Positions 1 to 11,875 of a DNA stretch of 64,000 bases are shown piece by piece (the stretch's first letter is position 1; each line of letters opens with the position of its first letter). Where the stretch lies: assembly GCF_036321535.1 (NCBI RefSeq), contig NC_087436.1, positions 248,001-312,000 on the forward strand, given 5' to 3'. The notes below the pieces were generated by a model. It saw only the letters and a list, made by a program, of their open reading frames with translations, made no database searches and was not told the DNA's origin. This DNA is from Camelus dromedarius (Eukaryota). Position numbers and translations under genes: made by a program.

Positions 1-454
1 CAGGGGTAGACAGCAGATGGTGGGCTGTGTGCATGGGGCTGTGTGTGTGGCCTGGCCTCAGCCCAGGTGGGTGCAGGGATATTGTTCATTCACACCAGGC
101 CAGAGGGAAGAGGGACGGGAGATTTTAAAGCGTCAAAGTTAGGAAGCTAAGGCTGGAGAGAAAAGTAGGAAGGTGCACTTGCCTGGCCACCATGGAGCCC
201 GCCGGCGACGCTGGTCCCTTGCATCAGGGGAGACTGGCAGTTGACTGGCCAATGGGACATCCCCTGCTGTGGTATAGTTTACAGGCAATTGAAGGGATTT
301 TGACAGGTAATTTTAATCCAATAGTTGTCACTTTCTCTGCGGGAGATCATGTCCAAAGTCATGGTGAATCTGGCAGGGTTCCTGCCTGAACTCCATCCTG
401 GGACAATAGAGGACCCACCCAGGAATCATACTCTTAGCTCTCACCCAAAGGCAC

Positions 455-884
455 TGTAATAAAGAAGAACAAATCTGACTCCATATTGGATGTGTGCCTT
501 TTCCTTTAACCCTCTGCCGTGTTTTCTAGGCTTACTCTTGCTAGCTCTGCACCTTTTGTAAAACAATGTTGCCTTTAGCCTGAAATAAACAGAAGATCCT
601 ATTCTCAAAACTCTGACCTTTAAGGATATTAACACTTTTGCACTCCTATAAAGATAACAAGTTGCAGAATAGAAAAAGTTTGTTTTGTTGCAGGTTTTAC
701 AGGAACACCATGATCTGACCCACGTGGACAGCTGCAAAGGATTCCAAAGAACAAAGTAATCCTACACCAACAAGTTTGCAAGAACCAACCACAGCCTCTC
801 CCCTATTTACTAGAAAAGGAGCCTAAAGTCTGACTTGGGGAAGATGGTTCTCCAAGATATTAGTCTGCCATTATCTTGGTCTGA
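455..884 (+). mobile_element. ERV solo-LTR, 3'-truncated (same family as 885-1167, 49744-50264, 50920-51403)
   Basis: Begins TGTAATAAAGAAGAACAAATCTGACTCCAT. Colinear with the near-complete copy at 50920-51403 (shared AAATCTGACTCCAT, CTCTGACCTTTAAGGATAT, GATAACAAGTTGCAGAA, CTGACTTGGG blocks). Lacks the 3' end. Confidence 0.8.
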
Positions 885-1167
885 AGCTGTCTACGTAGAC
901 CAGGTCATAGTGCCTCTGTAAAACCTCTAATAAAACAAAAGTTATTTCCTATTCTGCAACTTGTCATCTTTATATAAGTGCAAAAGTGTTAATATGCTTA
1001 AAGATCAGAGCCTTGAAAACAGGCTCTCCTGTATATTTCAGGCTAAAGGCAACATTGTTTTACAAAAGGTGCAGAGCTAATAAGATTAAGCCTAGAAAAG
1101 AGGGCACAGGGTTAAAGCCAAAATGACCGATCTTCTATGGAGTCAGATTTTTTTCTTTTTTATTATA
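885..1167 (-). mobile_element. ERV LTR, 5' part only, inverted relative to 455-884
   Basis: Reverse complement begins TATAATAAAAAAGAAAAAAATCTGACTCCAT and aligns to ~455-735 and to 49980-50264. Confidence 0.8.
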
Positions 1168-1169
1168 CT

Positions 1170-2155
1170 ATATTCTATTTTTGTTTTAAGTTTATAAGAA
1201 TAAAGTTTAGCCTTTCCCATTTTAAATTGTGCAATTTTAAGGAGCATTAAGTGCATTCACAATGCTGTGAGACCAATACCACTTGTTTAGACAATTGCCT
1301 TCTCAAACTAAAAGCTTGTATACAAAGCGCACCCCACATCCTACCTCCCCCAGCCCATGAGAAGCAATAATCCCCTTTCTCTCTCTATTTCTTTACCTAT
1401 CCTGGAGGTTCCCTATCAATGAAATCATATAAAATGTGGCTTTTTTTTCTCGCTGCCCATATATCTTAAGTAGGGACGGGTGAATTTTTTGTTTATTTGT
1501 TTTCATGTTAATTAGCATTTTTGTATTTTGAGAGGAAAATCCAGATGGATTAAAGATGAGACGTACCAAATGACGCCCTTTTGGTAACTCTGTGCATAAT
1601 CTCGTGGTAGGCACTGCTGTTCTAAGTGTGAAACCAGAGCCAGAAGGGAGATGCTTAGCTCTTCTTGTGGCAAAATAAAACCAAACTAAAGCAGAAAACA
1701 AAGGCCAAGAAAGACAGCTGGAAAGAAAAAACACAACCTGGAAAAAGCTTTCCTCAAGACCTAAGGTCGGAGTAAAGCTTCACATCGCTGTGGTGCAAAA
1801 ACCTCTTGAAGCCCAGTGTTCTGAAAAGAAACAAAACACACACAGGCAGTTCCAACGAGAGGCAGTGCAGGTGGCCAGTGTGTGCTAGAGATGCTCGACC
1901 TGTAAGTTGAGGACATAGGCAGATGGACAGACTGCAGAGATAGCATTGGCCACCTTCACACTGGCAGGTCTTTAGCCCGGTGACAACCAGCCCTGGTGAC
2001 AACGTGAGCAGGCAGAGGCCCCAGGAGGTCCCCTGGAGGGAAGAGCAAATGGACGCTCCTCTCCGGCAGAACAAGGTACAGGATACATCAAAGTGCCACA
2101 GGAACATCACTTCCCTAGCAGTGCTGGTCCTTAGAGAAGATCCCACCAAAGTGCA
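1170..2155. repeat. Copy 1 of a ~1-kb direct segmental repeat (copy 2 at 4800-5790)
   Basis: Long colinear blocks shared with 4800-5790, e.g. TTTTAAATTGTGCAATT, GTAACTCTGTGCATAATCTC, GGGAGATGCTTAGCTCTTC, GGTGACAACCAGCCCTGGTGACAA. Offset is ~3.63 kb. Confidence 0.92.
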
Positions 2156-2249
2156 CAATTTTCAAAGATAATTTTTCTTTAGTAACATGAATTCAAAATA
2201 ATCAATATGTCATCAAGGGATTTTCAGAAGTGACCTGCCCTGGGCCCGA

Positions 2250-2412
2250 AAAATACACAAACATAAATACACACATATACACATAAATATATACACACAT
2301 ACATACAGGAAAAGAGACAGACAGACTGAAACACAGAGAAGCAGGGGGACAGAGAAACAGAGAGAGAGACAAAACAGAGAGAGAGGCACTGAGAAACAGA
2401 GACAGAGAGAAG
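2250..2412. repeat. (CA/TA)- and (GA/GACA)-rich simple repeat
   Basis: Visible ACATATACAC and AGAGACAGAG runs. Confidence 0.85.
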
Positions 2413-3312
2413 GAACACTGGAGCTGTGAAGGAGTGGAACTCACGCACATTTTCACAAGTCAGTCTGCATGTCAGAACCTGGTCTCAAAGTCCATCCACC
2501 CTCCAGAGGAGGGTGTGGGGATCACACAAGGGCGTGGGAACAGAAGGCAAAAAATATGAAGCCATTGTGGGGCAGCCCACCACAGAGGCCGAGATGGGAC
2601 ACTGGGCCTGTATGTCAACATGACAGAATGACCTAGGAGGTTGTATGCCAGAGCGGACGATGTCAGAGTTGTATTTAAATTTAGTCGCACGACTGAGAGC
2701 TGGGAAGCAAGCAATAAGGAAAGAGACTTTCTCCAGACCTCAGGGCAGACCCAGGCCTGTGTGGCATTTGCTCTGCGCTCCGCCAGCCCTCTGTGGGGTC
2801 CTTCATTTGCTGAGTCTGTTCATGAGCTCCCTGTGATGCCAGCCTGTGTGGGTGAAAGATGCAGTAGGTGTTTCTAGGTCTAGAGACAGGATGGCTTCTC
2901 TAGGAAACAGGGGCCAGAATGATCCCCAGTGTGCTGATGGGAGATTGGGGAGACCCTGAGAGGCACATGGCTTTTCCATGTTGATAGCACTGCTGAGTGG
3001 GGGGAGCCATGTCTGAACCCAGCTGTGTCTTCAGAGCTGCAGCCTTGGCTGCATCCAGGCCTCTCCAGGGCTATGAGGGCGGCTGAGTTGGTGTCACTGT
3101 GTGTGGACATGGCATGGAGTGAGAAATGAGAGATTGGCAGCCCAGAAAGGCCCTTGGGGAGCTATGTGTCAGGAGGAAGCTTGGGTAAGTGGACCCCAGG
3201 AAGTGACCTCACTTCCCTGGCAATAGAGCCCAACAGAACTTGGAACCAAAGTCACCAGGCACCCACTCTGTAGAGAAGTCCCTACTCAGCTCACTTGATT
3301 GGAGACAGAGGC

Positions 3313-4844
3313 ATGTTCTGCTGCATCCCACTATCCCGAGGCCGCAGCTCCCGGAAAGCCCGCAGCGAGGGGCTGTACCAACGCTGCCGGCGCTGGGTCA
3401 TGTCTCACCCAAGATTCCTCTGGACTTTTGGCCAGAGAGACCCAAAGGTAACACAGGGAGGCCCAGAGCAGGCCCGCCCAGGCCGGGCCACCACTCAGAT
3501 CCCACCCAGGTATCCCCACGGCCCCGTCCTGGCTGGTGGAGGTGGAGCAGTCATGCTGGGGATGGTTTTCTGCCTCAAGCAAGAGCAGTTCAGAGGCCTG
3601 GTGGGCCGGTCACATCCACAGCCCAGGGCAAAGCTGGCTGGCTGGGATGTGGAGAGCCAGGGAAGGGTCCTGCTGCCCAAGGTGGAGCCCATGCATTCTG
3701 GGTATGTCTTTTCCCTCCCGGGTGTCTGAGCTGAACAAAGTCTCGGTCTGATCTGGCAGCAGAGGGTCGAGTGGACAGAAGCAGGAGTGTTCCTGGCCGG
3801 GCAGGGCTCTGAGACTTCCAGGCCGGGTCAGCTGCTGGTCACTGTCATTGCAGAACTAGATACCATATATTGAACAGCAGCTGATGAATAAGAATACCAG
3901 CGCCCCCTCCCCAAATGAAGGGCTGATGTGCCACTCTTCTGAGGGCCAGCGCAGTATCCAGGTGGGTCTGAATAATGAGGGGTCCCCTCCACCATGGCCC
4001 AGGAATCAGTGGGGCAGGCCTCCGACCCAGACAACACCCAGGGCTCCCCCCAGGGACCTCTCCGGGGCAGACGGGTTACTCAGCACACCCGGCTCTGACC
4101 TGGAGCACCGTGCCCACCTCGCTGCAAGTAAGGTGGAGGACCAGGAGCCCCCGAAGCAGAGCCCGAAGGTCAGAAAGGCAGGGCTGGTGCATGTGTGCAG
4201 GTGGGGGAGGGGAGAGGGCTGGGCCACACAGGGAGGTGTCCCCAGAGGCTACCGTTGGGACCAGAGCAAAAAATGGCCTCAGACCACCTGTCTGGAAGAA
4301 TTCAGTCACAGAACACATCGTGTGGGCACTTTCTGGGTGGGAGCTGTCTGGAAAGCTCTGGGAAGGTTTCTGTCTTTAAAGAGGCATATGGAAAAGGAGT
4401 CAGGTGGATAAATTTTTCCTCTCACAGCATAAGCTCTTCCACAAGTCTTAAAACACTCTCCACATCCAATAGTTACAGAGGAGGCAGGGGCAGGGGAAGA
4501 TGTCAGAGACCAAAAAAAGGACGATCTGGATCCAGCAGGAGACCCCGAGCTCCCTCCTGCCACTCCTGCAGCTCATCCTGAACTTGCATCTGCACCTGGA
4601 CTGCTGGGCAACGGAGAACCAGTTCAGACATCACCACCCCCTGGGGCAGAGCCCCCTCTGCACCCACCCACACCTTCTTCTACAAAATGTACTCCAAAAT
4701 CCCACCGTCAGTCCCCCCCCCAAACTTGCTGTTCCTTCCGCTGGAGATGTTTTTGTTTGGTTTTCTTTAGTTTCCTTTCTTTGTTTCACATCATTTATGG
4801 CATCCTTTATTTTTCTTTTTAGAGTTTCATGTAATAAAATATAG
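3313..4844 (+). pseudogene. CDRT15-like / RALGDS-derived multi-exon pseudogene. Exon 1 3313-3447, exon 2 3854-3961, partial exon 3 ~4133-4190, terminal exon ~4428-4844
   Basis: Exon 1 reads MFCCIPLSRGRSSRKARSEGLYQRCRRWVMSHPRFLWTFGQRDPK|GTAACA. This resembles the CDRT15 N-terminus (MFSCCFPTSRG...[22 protein letters not shown]), and the match continues through the donor (VTQGGPEQARPGRATTQIP vs VPQDSPGQALAGQATPEIP). Exon 2 (108 nt, AG/GT) N*IPYIEQQLMN...CHSSEGQRSIQ resembles RALGDS exon 2 (SSTQEIGEELIN...HHGGNKGQRWLG), with an in-frame TAG at 3857. KVRKAG resembles RALGDS KVRTVKAG. The last exon is Pro/Ala/Glu-rich, ends in a hydrophobic stretch and has AATAAA at ~4833. Confidence 0.72.
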
Positions 4845-5790
4845 ACTTTTCCCCTTTTAAATTGTGCAATTCATGAGCATTATGGGCATTGACAATGTTG
4901 TGAGACCATCACTAACATCTAGTTTCACACTATTTCTTTCCTCAAAGTGAAACCATGGATCCAGAGAGCGCACTACCCTCCCTCCTCGCCCAGCCCCTGA
5001 CAACCCCAAGTCCTCTTTCCTTCTGCGTGTCTTTACCTCTGCTGGGTGTTCCCTTTCAATGAAACTTTATGATAGTTGGCTTTTTGTGCCTTCCCACATG
5101 TTTTCAGCAGGGGCTGCTGGTTTTTCAGTTTTCACTTGAAACAGCATTTTTATTATTTTAAGGGGATATACAGGGGGATTAAAGATGTGATGTACAAAAT
5201 GAAGCCCTTTTAGTAACTCTGTGCATAATCTCAGGGTAGACACTGCTGTTCCCCTTGTGACACCACAGCCAGAAGACATAAGGGAGATGCTTAGCTCTTC
5301 CTGTGGCAAAAACAAAACGAAACAAATCAAAAAAATTAGCAAAAGCCCAGAAAAACTGCTTGAAAGACAAACCACAACCTGGAAAAAGCATTGCTCATAA
5401 CTCAAGTTTGGAGAAAGTTTTCCCATCCCTGTAGTCCAAAAATCTTTCAAAACGCAGTGTTCTAAACAGAAACAGAACAGACATGGTCAGTTCCAATGAG
5501 AGACAATGAAGGTGGCCAGTGTGTGTTAGAGATGCTTGACCTCTCAGGTGAGAACACAGGCAGATGGAAACACTGCAGAGACAACACCGGTCACCATAAC
5601 ACTGGCGGGTCTTTAGTCAGGTGACAACCAGCCCTGGTGACAATGTAAGCAGGCAGAGGCTCCAGCAGATCCCCTGGAGGGAAGAGTGAAGGGACGCTCC
5701 TCTTCAGGAGAACAGGGTGCAGGACGCATCAAAGGGCCACAGACGCATCTCTTCCCCAGAAGTTCTGATCCTTACAGTTCATCCCACTAA
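4800..5790. repeat. Copy 2 of the ~1-kb direct segmental repeat; its first ~280 bp look like an antisense L1 3' end
   Basis: Aligns to 1170-2155. Confidence 0.92.
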
Positions 5791-6449
5791 AATCCTTACA
5801 CACCTATTCAAAGATGCCTTTTCAACGGTGTTCATCACAGCACTGGTTGCAACAGTCGGAATTAAAGCAACACTAATGTTGATGGAGAGGGGATTGGGTC
5901 CACTCGTTCTGGTTCATGTGGATGAATGAATGCTGTGAAGTTGGAAAAGTGGGTGTCTGGTCTCAACCCAATGTCAAGGGAGGCCTCAGGGTGGAAGTAT
6001 GCAGACCCACTGTCTGCATCCAGGGTCCCATCTGCATGACCACATATGTGTGAAATCAGTATAGATGTAAACTGATCTGATTGTGAGTGTGCGAGAGACA
6101 GAGATGGAGAAAGACATACTGAGAGACACAGAGACTGAGACATAAGCACCAAATCATTCATGACAGTCACCTCTGTGGGTGGGAATTACAAATCTCTTCT
6201 CTTTTAGGCAGTATTTCAATTTTTCATACTGTGTCTTTATTACTCTACTAATCCTAAAAGGATTAAAATCCTATGTTACTGTGACCCATTCATTGCTCAT
6301 CTATGGAGTAATTAAAGTACATTAATCCTATTTTTAAAGGAATATAAAGCCTTCTCAGGACTCAGTTCCATGTCAGCTCCGTGGCAGTAGAGGTTCTCCA
6401 GGAGGTCGTGTCTCTTCTGAATCAGCATCCAATAGAGGTGAGGAAGAAG

Positions 6450-6732
6450 TACCAGACATGGACACTGAAGATTACAATAGATGAGAGATTCTGTCAAGAG
6501 AAATTAAGACCTACATTCACAGAGAATAATCCCATATTCATGGAGCAGAAGGCTTCATTCTACTAAGATGACAGTAGTCCATGAATAGATGTAAGGATTC
6601 AAAGTATGCCTACCCAAATCCCAGGTGGTGTTTTCCAGGAATTGACAATCAATATAAAATTCACGTGGAAAAGCCAGGGGCTCAGAATACATGAGTGAAT
6701 CTTAAAAAAGAAGAACAAAGTTCGAGGAATGG
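6450..6732 (+). mobile_element. Old L1 ORF2 fragment
   Basis: L1-like motifs: CCCATATTCATGG, CAAATCCCAG...GAATTGACAA...AAAATTCACGTGGAAA, ATCTTAAAAAAGAAGAACAAAGTT. Confidence 0.7.
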
Positions 6733-6789
6733 AAAGTCAGATGGAACCCACGGTTAATACAAAAGCACTTTAGCTGAAGATACCTGAGA

Positions 6790-7400
6790 TTCAATAGATG
6801 TAGAAGAAAACCTGTCATGGAAACCAATTTTCTCCTCTCCCTTTGCCCTATTAAGTTAGGTTGATAAAAAAAGCCTTCAAATTTCACCATTTAACATGGT
6901 AGTTACTTTTCTGTTTGGCTCCTACGTGTGTATAAATAAACCGTTTCTCTCGTTCATCTCCTCTTTACTTCTGTGGGCTCTTTGGGAGGGACCCTGGATG
7001 TTGGGGACCTGCTCTTTTCTAACCTTCTTTAGTGATATCTTTTGTCCATGGTGAAGTGATTAAAAAAAAAAGAAAAGCTCATTGCTTTTGGGCCAGATTT
7101 GGAACATGTATACCTTTGGAGACCCCCTGGAGGAACAATGGGGTTCAATACTGCTGGGAGAATTTACTGGTTGTCTTGTCCAAATGCCTAACAAGACGCT
7201 ATTTGCAAGGTTTTTTTTTTTTTTTTTTTAAGATTCTTACCCTAAAACAAATACCCTATCTAAACCTCTTGGATGATCAAATAGAAAGAAAAAAGGAGAA
7301 TCATGTCTGGCCTAAGAACACTTCCTTAATAAAATGGAAGGACAGAATCAGATTCAGAGCAAAAATTAAAATCCATTTATACCATCAACCCTCCCACTCT
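6790..7400 (+). mobile_element. Probable ERV LTR 3' end followed by degenerate internal (leader/gag-like) sequence
   Basis: AATAAACC followed by a pyrimidine-rich U5-like segment. Downstream ...HVWPKNTSL weakly resembles the ERV1 matrix WP motif. Confidence 0.35.
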
Positions 7401-7949
7401 TTTGTACACTGTCCTCATGTAATCTGCCAGATGGCGCCCTGGAGAAGGCCCTTTGCCCGGAACTCGTGCTCATTTTCAGAGCTCGGCCAAGAGGGAGGTT
7501 GGTCCCCAGGGCCTGAGAGGGGCTACTTGTGAAATCTTCTCTGCTGAGACCCCGTGGACTGAAGGGAACTGTGTGCTCTGAGTGAGAGAGAGCACACCGA
7601 GCCTCTGTGTAGGCATCTCTGAGATCATTCCAAAGGCACACAGCTCTAACTGTGGACACGGGAATTTTTGATAGGCATCTTAGTTGGAAATCTCCTCCTG
7701 GATAGAAAGAAGCAGATTCAAGATGTTGCAATTGGATGGGCAGGTCGGCCTCTCGAATTTGTCGATGAGGGAGACACGCAATTCTCTGCAGAAGTAGGAA
7801 CACCCATCCCTGCTCTGCTGACTTCATCTACAGAGAAACAGAGACGCGGCTCTAGGGGGAATTAAACACCCACCAACCCTTCTTACCAACGTCAACGTCC
7901 CCACTTTATTCTCCTGTCAGGTCTCTGTACAAAAACTGTGGCTCAGCCC

Positions 7950-8690
7950 CAAATATCACATACCCATCACCCTGAACCACTCTGTGTCTGTGTCCAACTC
8001 GAGCATTAAGGCCTGTGACCGTTACTGTCAAATCGTGTCCCCATTTCAGCCCTTCTCCCACCATCATCCCAGCCCAACCTCGGTGTCTCTCTCCAGGTCA
8101 GCAGCACTCTTCCCAGTGCCTTCCCATCAGCTTACCTTGCCCTGCTTCCATTGCTTATTCCCCATAAGTTACCCACAGCGGTCTTATTAAAGTATGAATC
8201 AGATCAAGTTGTTCTGCTTTGCAAAATACTCTCGTGATTTTCTGTTGTATTCAGAAGGATATCCGGAGTCCCTACCAAGGCCCTGTGTGATCCGGTCCCT
8301 CACCCGTCTCTGCAGCCTCAGGTCTCACCGTTCTGCTCCAGCCCATCTTCACCGCCCAGATGGTCCCCACTGGGACAGCTGTGTTTGTAACTCCAAGTCT
8401 CGTACCTACACTTCTCCCGGCCTGGGAGGCTTTTCTTGTCTGTTACATACGTGGCTTATTCTTTTGCTTCATTCAGGACTTTGTTCAAATTATTTTACCC
8501 ACAGAAAGGACTTATCTGACCACATTATTTAAAATAGCACACACATATTTCTTATTCAATCATTTTCTCTCCTAATAAGTTTTATGTTTCTTTGTGGCAA
8601 ATATAAGCACCTGGCAGTTCATAATATATTTATTTGCTTACTGGCTTATTGTCTATCTTTCTTACTAGACTTATATTCATGGAACCACAA
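7950..8690 (+). mobile_element. L2 LINE 3' region
   Basis: L2-like motifs: TCAGATCAAGTTGTTCTGC...CAAGGCCCTGTGTGATCCGG, TGCTCCAGCC, TTATTGTCTATCTTTCTTACTAGAC. Confidence 0.65.
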
Positions 8691-9004
8691 ATAACTGTTT
8701 TAACCAGTAACTTTCATGCCACCTTTAAATGAATTCTTTATAAGGTGAGAATTTCAGAGGTTTCCACGGGTTGCTTAGGGGAAAAAAGAGAAAGAATTCA
8801 GGTTGAACTAGGTTATTAAGGACGTGGGAGTTGGTTATTTATTTTATTCATTGTAGTGTGTATCTGTTAATCCCAAACTCCTAATCTAGCAAAAGACTGA
8901 GCTGATTACTATGTAAAAAATGATTTTTTGTTTTAAAGTTGGATTGTTTGAGATATCTTTTCTTCTTTGTTCTTTTTCTTTTGTTAAAACAGAATTTTCC
9001 TTAT

Positions 9005-9077
9005 TATTTTTTTACATTGAGGTACTGGGAATTGAACCCAGCACGTACTCTACCCCTTGAACTATACCCTCCCCTCC
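9005..9077 (-). mobile_element. tRNA-derived SINE (camelid type), internally deleted
   Basis: Reverse complement GGGGAGGGTATAGTTCAAGGGGTAGAGTACGTGCTGGGTTCAATTCCCAGTACCTC plus A-rich tail. Confidence 0.75.
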
Positions 9078-10269
9078 AAAGACAATTATTTTTATACTTT
9101 GACAATACCATACTGAATTAAGAATTTTTTACTCCATTTTCCCTTCAGAGAGTTTATAACTGAGGGAGAGAGTCAGAGGAAGCCCTGGGCCATCCCTTCA
9201 TTCTCAGTGGGGTACTACACAGCACAGAAGCTAGGCTGTCGCCAGGCCCAGCTCACCTTTCTGCTCTGAGGGTAGACTCAGGCCACTTCTCTAAACAGAG
9301 ACGTGTTAGAAGCAGCAGAAAGCCAACTAGTGAGCAACAATGACAAAACTGACCCACCTGCAGTTGGACATCATCTGATCTGAAATGACCCTCTTAAAGC
9401 TCTTCTTCCTATTAGTGGATGGTTTTCAAAAATATTCCCAAGGAGATGACTCTCACTCTATTTTTCTGGATTTCTTGGGCATTCTATGACTTTGACTGCA
9501 GGCTTGATTTTCTGCACAACTTCTGCAGGGAAGCCAGGCAGAAAACGTGAACAGACCCTGCAGGCCACAGCTGAGGCCTCCGGTCAAAGCATCCTTGTTG
9601 TGCAGAGCCTACGTTCATGGGACCATTTTCATTACTGCTGTAATTAGTTCTCATCCAATTGTCCCACTGAAAATGTTTATAGATGGAAGGTGGTCTGACG
9701 CAGGTGACCACCTTCCATCTATCCCCACCTGAGCAGTGGGGATGTGGGATGAAGATGGCAGACAGACTGGAAGGAGAGACGGGAAATATTTCCTCAGGCT
9801 TCAGTTTGGAAGATTTCTGATTTTCATATGGACATTAAACTGGGTCAGGATGAAGCGCCGTTTACTCTATGACGGGGTGATGTACACGTATCCCTACAAC
9901 TTCTAAAAAATATGTTGAAGTTGGACGTGACAGCCTAGGGGACAGACAACTTAGAGTGACACCTCCGTTCCAGGCTGCCTATGATCTTGGGCTCACAGAG
10001 AGAAAAAGAATACACATATTTTTCCTGTGTAGCTCTATGTGAAATTATTTTGACCCTTGCCGAATGGTGTAAGATCAGAGATCATGTAGTCTGTCTTACG
10101 TCGCAAAGGCAACAATTCTTCTTGATGAGTCAGCAGACTGTTTCCGATGGCCCGGGGTCTGTGCCAGACATTAGCTGTCTAGACAAATACCACACAGCCC
10201 CCATCCCTCAAGGAGATCACAGTGTGTCATGGAAGAGACAAATTTAAATAGGTTTTCAAAACAATGTGT

Positions 10270-11130
10270 TAAGATTCACTTGGCATCATGTTTACTGTAT
10301 GTTCAGAGGGGCTTTTGCACTGCCTGGGGCAGGGTTCTAGAAGGTAGGGAAGGTGTCAGAGAGGAAATGCTTTCTGCACTGACATCTGAAAGATTCCAGC
10401 AAATCTGTAGACCAGGAGAGTGCGTGGTGGGGACGGGATTCTCAGCAGCTTGCGTGTCTCGTGCAGAGGTCTGGTCGTGTCTAACAGCACTTTGCAATTA
10501 GGGAAGGAAGGTCAGTGAGGCTAGAGGCTGTGAGGAACTAACGGAAGCTGAGGCTGAAAAAAAGCAGCAACTAGGTTATGAGAAGGTGTGACGTTAAATC
10601 AGGGAGCTTGGACTTCCTCACTTATGCAGCGGGGAATTCTTTGGGGTTTTAAGGAGGAGAGTGACACAGATTAGCCATTAAAAGTGAGCAAAGTGGATTG
10701 TTCACTCTAAAGAACAGCACTGGGGAGACTAGCAAGGGGTGGGAATTAATGCACTGGGTAGTGAGGGGCGTGGACTTAGTTGGGGGATATTAAGGAATAG
10801 AATTGTAGTACTGACGGGGGTGAGGGAGTGGAAAAGTAAAGGAAAACTCCCAGATGTATGGCACGGAAAACAGATGGGATAGTGATGCCATTGTTTGAAG
10901 AAGTAAACCTACTACTGAGCGAGTGTAAATTCAAACACACAGAGCTTGAGATTTTTATAGGCTAATCAATTGGGAATGTCTACTTGTCAATTATAAGTAT
11001 ATTTCTGGGACTGAACTGAGATGTCCTTGCTGGAAAAGATTTGACAGTTAATCAGTGGACAGAGAGGAGTTGAAGCCACGGGAATAAATGCCACCCACTG
11101 ACATTTTATCAAAGAAAAGGGAAGGAGGGC
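10270..11130 (-). mobile_element. L2 LINE fragment
   Basis: Antisense L2-like motifs: GGAGCTTGGACTT...GGGTTTTAAGGAGGAGAGTGACA, GATGCCATTG, GAAGCCACGGGAATAAATG. Confidence 0.6.
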
Positions 11131-11219
11131 ACTTCTGGTTCAGAAAATATGGCAGACCGGAAACTTGAAGACCCACTCACTAAAGACACATAAAAACGTA
11201 GGACACAATGCCGCCAATC

Positions 11220-11875
11220 TTTTATTTATTTATTTATTTTTTTACAGGCACCTTTATTGTGGTATGATTCCTGTAAAGTAAATTACACATATTTCACATG
11301 TACTATTTGATGAATTTGGTAGATGTCTACACCCAGAAAACCATCACCACAATCAAGATAGCTAACATTTCCGTAACTCCCCAAGAGGGACACTTTTCCA
11401 ATTCCCATAATTATCCCTTCCCATCCACTTCTCTCCCTGGTAACCGTAAGTTTGTTTCTCTATGTCTGTGGGTCTGTTTCTCTTTTGTAGTTAAGTTCAT
11501 TTGTGTCTTTTTTGATTCCACATATAATTGAAATCATATGGCATTTTTCTCTTTTTCTGGCTTACTTCACTTAGAATGACTATCTCTACGTCCATCCATG
11601 TTGCTGCAAATGGCATTATTTTGTTCTTTTTAATGGCTGAGCAGTATACCTTTGTATAAATATACTACTATATCTTTATCCAGTCAGCTGTCGATGGACA
11701 TTTGGGTTGTTGCCATGTCCTGGCTATTATAAATAGTGCTGCAGTAAGCATTGAGGTGCATGTGACTTTTTGAATTAGAGTTTTCTTCTGACATATGCCC
11801 GGGAGTGGGAAGGCTGGATCATGAGTTAAGTCTATTTTCACCTTTTAAAGGAAATTCCACACTGTCTTCTCTAGT
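11220..11875 (-). mobile_element. L1 3' UTR/ORF2 end, composite of an older and a younger L1
   Basis: Poly-T head, then TTAGAATGAC...GTCCATCCATGTTGCTGCAAATGGCATTATT, GATGGACATTTGGGTTG, GGAGTGGGAAGGCTGGATCAT. Confidence 0.85.

Noticed and set aside
192..389. 65-aa ORF with perfect Kozak context (GCCACCATGG)
   Set aside because: No recognisable homology or exon structure; followed by LTR sequence.
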